Origin: Nitrosopumilus sp.
GTDB lineage: Archaea; Thermoproteota; Nitrososphaeria; Nitrososphaerales; Nitrosopumilaceae
NCBI GenBank assembly: GCA_965224195.1
Contig: OZ245040.1
Span: 1,888,001-1,952,000, forward strand
Length of the DNA: 64,000 nucleotides
Direction: 5' to 3'
In this document: positions 59,968 through 64,000 of the stretch, piece after piece
Numbering within the stretch: position 1 is the stretch's first letter
How the letters are laid out: the number at the start of each line of letters is the position of its first letter
Translations under genes and position numbers: made by a program
The notes under the pieces: generated by a model
Seen by the model: the letters and a program-made list of their open reading frames with translations, nothing else
What the model was told of the DNA's origin: nothing
Database searches by the model: none

Positions 59968-60113
59968 TCTGCCCAGAGTGTGAGACTATTTACATCGGTG
60001 ATGTAGATAAATGCACTACTTGTGGGTATGATTTTGAACAAGAAAAATAATAAATTGATTTTTAATAATAATATCAAATAAATTTGTCTAAACTATACTG
60101 GAACATTTTATAC

Positions 60114-60869
60114 CTATATTCCTAAAAATGAATTTGAATTCTTTTCCAACATAGATGCCATATCATCAAAAGATTTACCTAGAATTTTTGAAGCACAAAA
60201 AATTACACTCGGAATAAAGCTAATTTGTCCTGATTTCATTTCAAAACATCTAGAAAATCTTACAGGTCCGTCAGTTTCAACAAGAATTTGAGATTCGCTA
60301 GTTTTTGACAATAAAGTTTGCTTGTCATTTGCATAAATCATTACAGGTCCATATGACACAAAAAATCCCATATCCATGGCTCTTTGAAGTTGTTTTTTAC
60401 TTCCATCAAACCAATGTAACAATGCATGTTTGGTATTATATGATGTCATGATTTCAAAAATATCATCAAGGCTTTTTCTTGAATGAATGGATACAGGTTT
60501 GTTGAATTTTTCAGCAAATGATAATAATGTTTCAAATACATGATTTTGTTTTACTATATCTTCATTTTTGTTAACATAAGTTGGATCCAATCCAATTTCT
60601 CCTATTCCAGAAATATGATCATGGTTATCTTCAATTAATTTGGAAATATTTTCAAGTTCTTCATTTACACATTCAGGATGAATTCCAATAAATGGTAAAA
60701 TTAAATTACTTTTTTTAGCAAGTTCTAATGTCTGTATTGAATTATCATAATTCATGGATACACAACACGCTTTAATTTTCAAAAATTCCATTTGTTTTAA
60801 GATAAATTCCATATCAGAAATATACTCTGGATCAGACAAATGTATATGAGAATCAAAATACCAAGTCAT
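60114..60869 (-). CDS. tatD: TatD family hydrolase
   Basis: DSHIHL, GIHPE, GEIGLD, IHSR, LVETDGP. Confidence 0.95.
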   Translation of the reverse strand: MTWYFDSHIHLSDPEYISDMEFILKQMEFLKIKACCVSMNYDNSIQTLELAKKSNLILPFIGIHPECVNEELENISKLIEDNHDHISGIGEIGLDPTYVNKNEDIVKQNHVFETLLSFAEKFNKPVSIHSRKSLDDIFEIMTSYNTKHALLHWFDGSKKQLQRAMDMGFFVSYGPVMIYANDKQTLLSKTSESQILVETDGPVRFSRCFEMKSGQISFIPSVIFCASKILGKSFDDMASMLEKNSNSFLGI

Positions 60870-60965
60870 TTCTTCATCAATTATTCAAATAGTCTGTATA
60901 AATCGATTCCTTAGTGATATTTTTTCACTCATTATCTTTTTTCGGAAAAAATTAAAACTAAATTC

Positions 60966-61187
60966 ATGAAATCATCAGAATTGGGATTATCTGCAATGTA
61001 TAGAATTCTAAAAAAAGCAGGTGCAGAGAGAGTTAGCGATGAGTCTGCAGAGGAGTTGAGAAGGACAATTGAAGAAATTGCAGATGGTATTGCCAAAAGT
61101 GCAGTAGATATGGCCTCCCATGCCAGTAGAAAAACGGTAAAAGGTGAAGATGTAAAGTTGGCTTCTAAACCATTTAACAAATTCTAA
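60966..61187 (+). CDS. archaeal histone
   Basis: [27 protein letters not shown]. Confidence 0.96.
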   Translation: MKSSELGLSAMYRILKKAGAERVSDESAEELRRTIEEIADGIAKSAVDMASHASRKTVKGEDVKLASKPFNKF

Positions 61188-61226
61188 TCTAAAGAGTTTA
61201 ATTGTTCATTTTGTGTTTTTTAAAAC

Positions 61227-61298
61227 GGTACTCTGGCAGAACGGTTATGCGTGAGCCTGCAAAGCTTATACAAGGGGGTTCGACTCCCTCGGGTACCT
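61227..61298 (+). tRNA. tRNA-Cys (GCA)
   Basis: Acceptor GGTACTC/GGGTACC, anticodon arm TGAGC-CTGCAAA-GCTTA, T loop GTTCGAC, U discriminator. Confidence 0.93.
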
Positions 61299-61708
61299 TA
61301 TCCTACTATGACTTGACCTTCCATCCAAGGATGAAGTGTGCAAAAATAATCATGGATGCCTTTTTCATCAAAATTAAAAGTGAATGATTCGTATGGATCT
61401 AAATGTCCACTATCAAATAGATCAGAAGGTTCACCATAAAATCCTGAAGTGACACTGTGAAATGCAGAATCTTCATTTATCCAAGTAACTTGATTTCCAG
61501 AATCAATAGTAAATACAGATGGAATATAGCATCTATCGGCCTCCTCACATCCAGGACGAGAAGATTTTGTTGACATTATGATGTCTCCAATAACAACTAT
61601 TTCATGTTCTTCAGAAATTTTTTCGATAGAAGAATCAGAAGTGGTTAAACCAATTATTATGATTACAAAAACTGCAACAATACCAATTATAATTATTTTC
61701 TTTAACAA
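61298..61708 (-). CDS. plastocyanin/cupredoxin blue copper protein
   Basis: N-terminal TM; VTWINED..HSVTSG..YFCTLHPWMEG. Confidence 0.93.
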   Translation of the reverse strand: MLKKIIIIGIVAVFVIIIIGLTTSDSSIEKISEEHEIVVIGDIIMSTKSSRPGCEEADRCYIPSVFTIDSGNQVTWINEDSAFHSVTSGFYGEPSDLFDSGHLDPYESFTFNFDEKGIHDYFCTLHPWMEGQVIVG

Positions 61709-61783
61709 ATTATATCATTTCCTTTTCAAAGTTATTACATAATTACCTAATTCTCTAAATATATAGCATATTAGAAGATACAA

Positions 61784-63535
61784 TTGGCTCAAAACGGAAA
61801 TGGATTGTTAGAATACATACCTGGTTCACATACATTGTTAGTTCAAAAAAACTCCAGTCCACCTCTAGAAGGATTTGCAGAGAACATACAAGAAAGTATT
61901 CAAGAATACGCTGAAAATTCAAAAAGTGAAGTAGAAAAAGGGAATAATTTTCTTCAGTGGATTCTGACAAGGGTTTTTGAGGCTACTGAAGATGATGCTG
62001 CAGATGCTATTGTAGATGGAGCAAATGATCTTGGAATTGATGCCTATCTTCCAGTAGATTTTTCAGATAATACTATCAGATTATTCCAATCAAAATATGG
62101 AACATCACATTCTCTAGAAGCTATAGCTAAATTCAAAGAAGATGCACAAAGATTACTTGCAAAAGATGTAGTGAAAATGAGGCCTGAACTTGCCCAACTT
62201 GTTACTAAAATAAAAGAGAAAAATCTAAAAATAAAATGCTGTTATGTTACAGATCAAGATGTAGACTATTCAGATGACCTGGTAGAAATCATTGATCAAA
62301 AAATAATAATTCAAAAATTATGGGATAGAATAAAAAAGCCTGCAGCAGGAAAAAAATCATCAATAAAATTAGAAAGAATGTTAAGACATGAAAACACCAT
62401 TCTGGGAATTCTGAAGCTGCGTGAACTGACAGAATTTGTAAGTAAGAATAGAGATTATGTCTTTGAATCCAACATTAGACAATGGATGCAGTTTAAAACT
62501 ACAGTTAACAAAGGATTAAGAGAAACATTACAAAGTAATCCAGGTAAGTTTTTCTTTTACAACAATGGAATAACGATTGTAGTTAGTGATTTTTCAGAAT
62601 TAGGAGAGAATTTAATTGAATTACATGCACCTCAAATTGTTAACGGAGCACAAACGTCAAACTCTATTCTTGATCATTCAAAGAGAACAAAAAATATGGA
62701 TGGTTCAATGACTGTTACAATAATCAAAGCAAACGATGAAGAAGAACAAAATAATATTACAAAGTATAGGAATTCCCAAAATTCAGTTCGAGGAAAAGAT
62801 CTAGTTTCGTTAATGGATTTTCATAAATCAATTAAATCACAATTGAAAAGTTGTGGTTATTTTTATGAAATTCAAGCAGGTTCTTTTGATACAAAAACAA
62901 AATCAAAACAATGTGAATATGATGGAGACACAATATACAACAATTATCTTCCAGATAATCATAAAAAAGTCATTGTTGCAAAAGATGCAATTCAATCTTT
63001 AGTTGCAGGAATTGAACAAAGACCTACAGAAGCATATAGTTCACCAGCACAATTTCTTCCAAGAGGAAGTAAATACGATGACATATTCAATGATAATCTT
63101 AAAGACGATTATAGAATTTTACTATATCCATATCTTGTAAAAGAATTTGCAAAAAAGTCATTAAAATATGGAAAACAAGGTGGCCATAAAACAAAAAGAT
63201 ATGCAACATTATTTTTTGTTGCAGTGTATTTCAGAATTCTTCATAAAAAAATTCTAGAGTCAAAAGGGGATTTCAAAGGAGACATAAGAAAATTAGAACC
63301 TATTTTTCGCAGTTTCAAACTAAATTCTAGAATTTTAAAAATTACAGATGTGATAGTAACTAAATTTCTTGAAGATACAGTAGTTGATGATGAGATTGAA
63401 ATGGCAAACACTAAACATAATTTTTTCTCTCAACATGTATGGAATGATGCAATGCTTCGAGTAATTGATAAAAAAATTAGACAAGAGGAAGACGAAATTT
63501 TAGCATTAAAGAAACTTACATCTAGTTTATTTTAA
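61784..63535 (+). CDS. AIPR family protein
   Basis: DGANDLGIDA..FQSKY; FESNIR; FFFYNNGITIV; QIVNGAQT; NSQN. Confidence 0.9.
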   Translation: MAQNGNGLLEYIPGSHTLLVQKNSSPPLEGFAENIQESIQEYAENSKSEVEKGNNFLQWILTRVFEATEDDAADAIVDGANDLGIDAYLPVDFSDNTIRLFQSKYGTSHSLEAIAKFKEDAQRLLAKDVVKMRPELAQLVTKIKEKNLKIKCCYVTDQDVDYSDDLVEIIDQKIIIQKLWDRIKKPAAGKKSSIKLERMLRHENTILGILKLRELTEFVSKNRDYVFESNIRQWMQFKTTVNKGLRETLQSNPGKFFFYNNGITIVVSDFSELGENLIELHAPQIVNGAQTSNSILDHSKRTKNMDGSMTVTIIKANDEEEQNNITKYRNSQNSVRGKDLVSLMDFHKSIKSQLKSCGYFYEIQAGSFDTKTKSKQCEYDGDTIYNNYLPDNHKKVIVAKDAIQSLVAGIEQRPTEAYSSPAQFLPRGSKYDDIFNDNLKDDYRILLYPYLVKEFAKKSLKYGKQGGHKTKRYATLFFVAVYFRILHKKILESKGDFKGDIRKLEPIFRSFKLNSRILKITDVIVTKFLEDTVVDDEIEMANTKHNFFSQHVWNDAMLRVIDKKIRQEEDEILALKKLTSSLF

Positions 63536-63698
63536 TTTCAAAGGTAGAAGTCTAACCAAGTAAAAATCTTGCAGGAGGTTTACATTGGCCAGACTGTCTA
63601 CCTGAATTGAGTATAAAGCAGTAATATTTAACATAATTTTTCTGACCAGGATTTATTCGAGAATGTTTTTTATATCGAGTTAAAAGAGCGTTGTTACT

Positions 63699-63866
63699 TT
63701 GGGTAAAAAAGAAAAATGTGTGATTTGCAGTGAAACAGTAGAACTTCAATTCAAAGCAATGGAAGAATGGAAAATTGACGGCACATTGTGTGGTAAATGT
63801 TATTCAAAACAACTCAATGAGTATTATCCAGGGGAACACGTTAGAGTAAACAAGCATTTAGATTAA
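63699..63866 (+). CDS. small Zn-finger protein (55 aa, not in ORF track)
   Basis: Manual translation MGKKEKCVIC...LCGKCYSKQLNEYYPGEHVRVNKHLD. Confidence 0.7.
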   Translation: MGKKEKCVICSETVELQFKAMEEWKIDGTLCGKCYSKQLNEYYPGEHVRVNKHLD

Positions 63867-63868
63867 TT

Positions 63869-64000
63869 TTATTCTAATTTTGAAAGTTTATTCACATTAA
63901 TACAATTCCAAACAAGTGGATCATTTTTTACATCTTTTTCTTCTAAAAATTTGATGTCAGTGATTATTTTTTTCTTTTTTAGTAAATTAACTTGAAAACT
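63869..64000 (-). CDS. 3' end of a gene extending beyond the window
   Basis: Open frame ..NDPLVWNCINVNKLSKLE*. Confidence 0.45.
   Translation of the reverse strand, partial: SFQVNLLKKKKIITDIKFLEEKDVKNDPLVWNCINVNKLSKLE

Noticed and set aside
59787-60077. 96-aa minus-strand ORF
   Set aside because: Antisense to the RHH gene at 59821..59967.
61227-61298. tRNA-Cys as attachment site for the nearby integrase
   Set aside because: I found no duplicated tRNA fragment in the window, and tatD and the histone gene lie between them.

Overview
AT-rich archaeal DNA, most likely a Nitrosopumilus-like ammonia-oxidising archaeon (Nitrososphaerota). Evidence: archaeal histone, Topo VI, Nop5/fibrillarin, S30e/S17e, a SAMP-Cgi121 fusion and a cupredoxin. 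Core housekeeping blocks lie at about 18.5-51.7 kb and 60.1-64 kb (including tRNA-Cys). They are flanked by two decaying accessory regions, 1-18.5 kb and 51.9-60 kb. Both accessory regions appear to be built from passenger-carrying IS6-like transposons: a SWIM/Zn-ribbon DDE transposase, a divergent tiny RHH/AbrB regulator and long two-site terminal repeats. One such 4.6-kb element has both ends intact and carries a proteasome-beta-like protease. Several same-orientation element ends are stacked next to rps30e, with a near-perfect 8-bp target duplication. Other notable items: a 37/37/37-bp repeat-insert-repeat inside a gene that resembles an ectopic CRISPR spacer integration, a wHTH-PIN gene split at an A9 slippery run, and repeat-expanded tails on TFE-beta and Nop5. 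All calls come from reading the sequence; no database searches were run.
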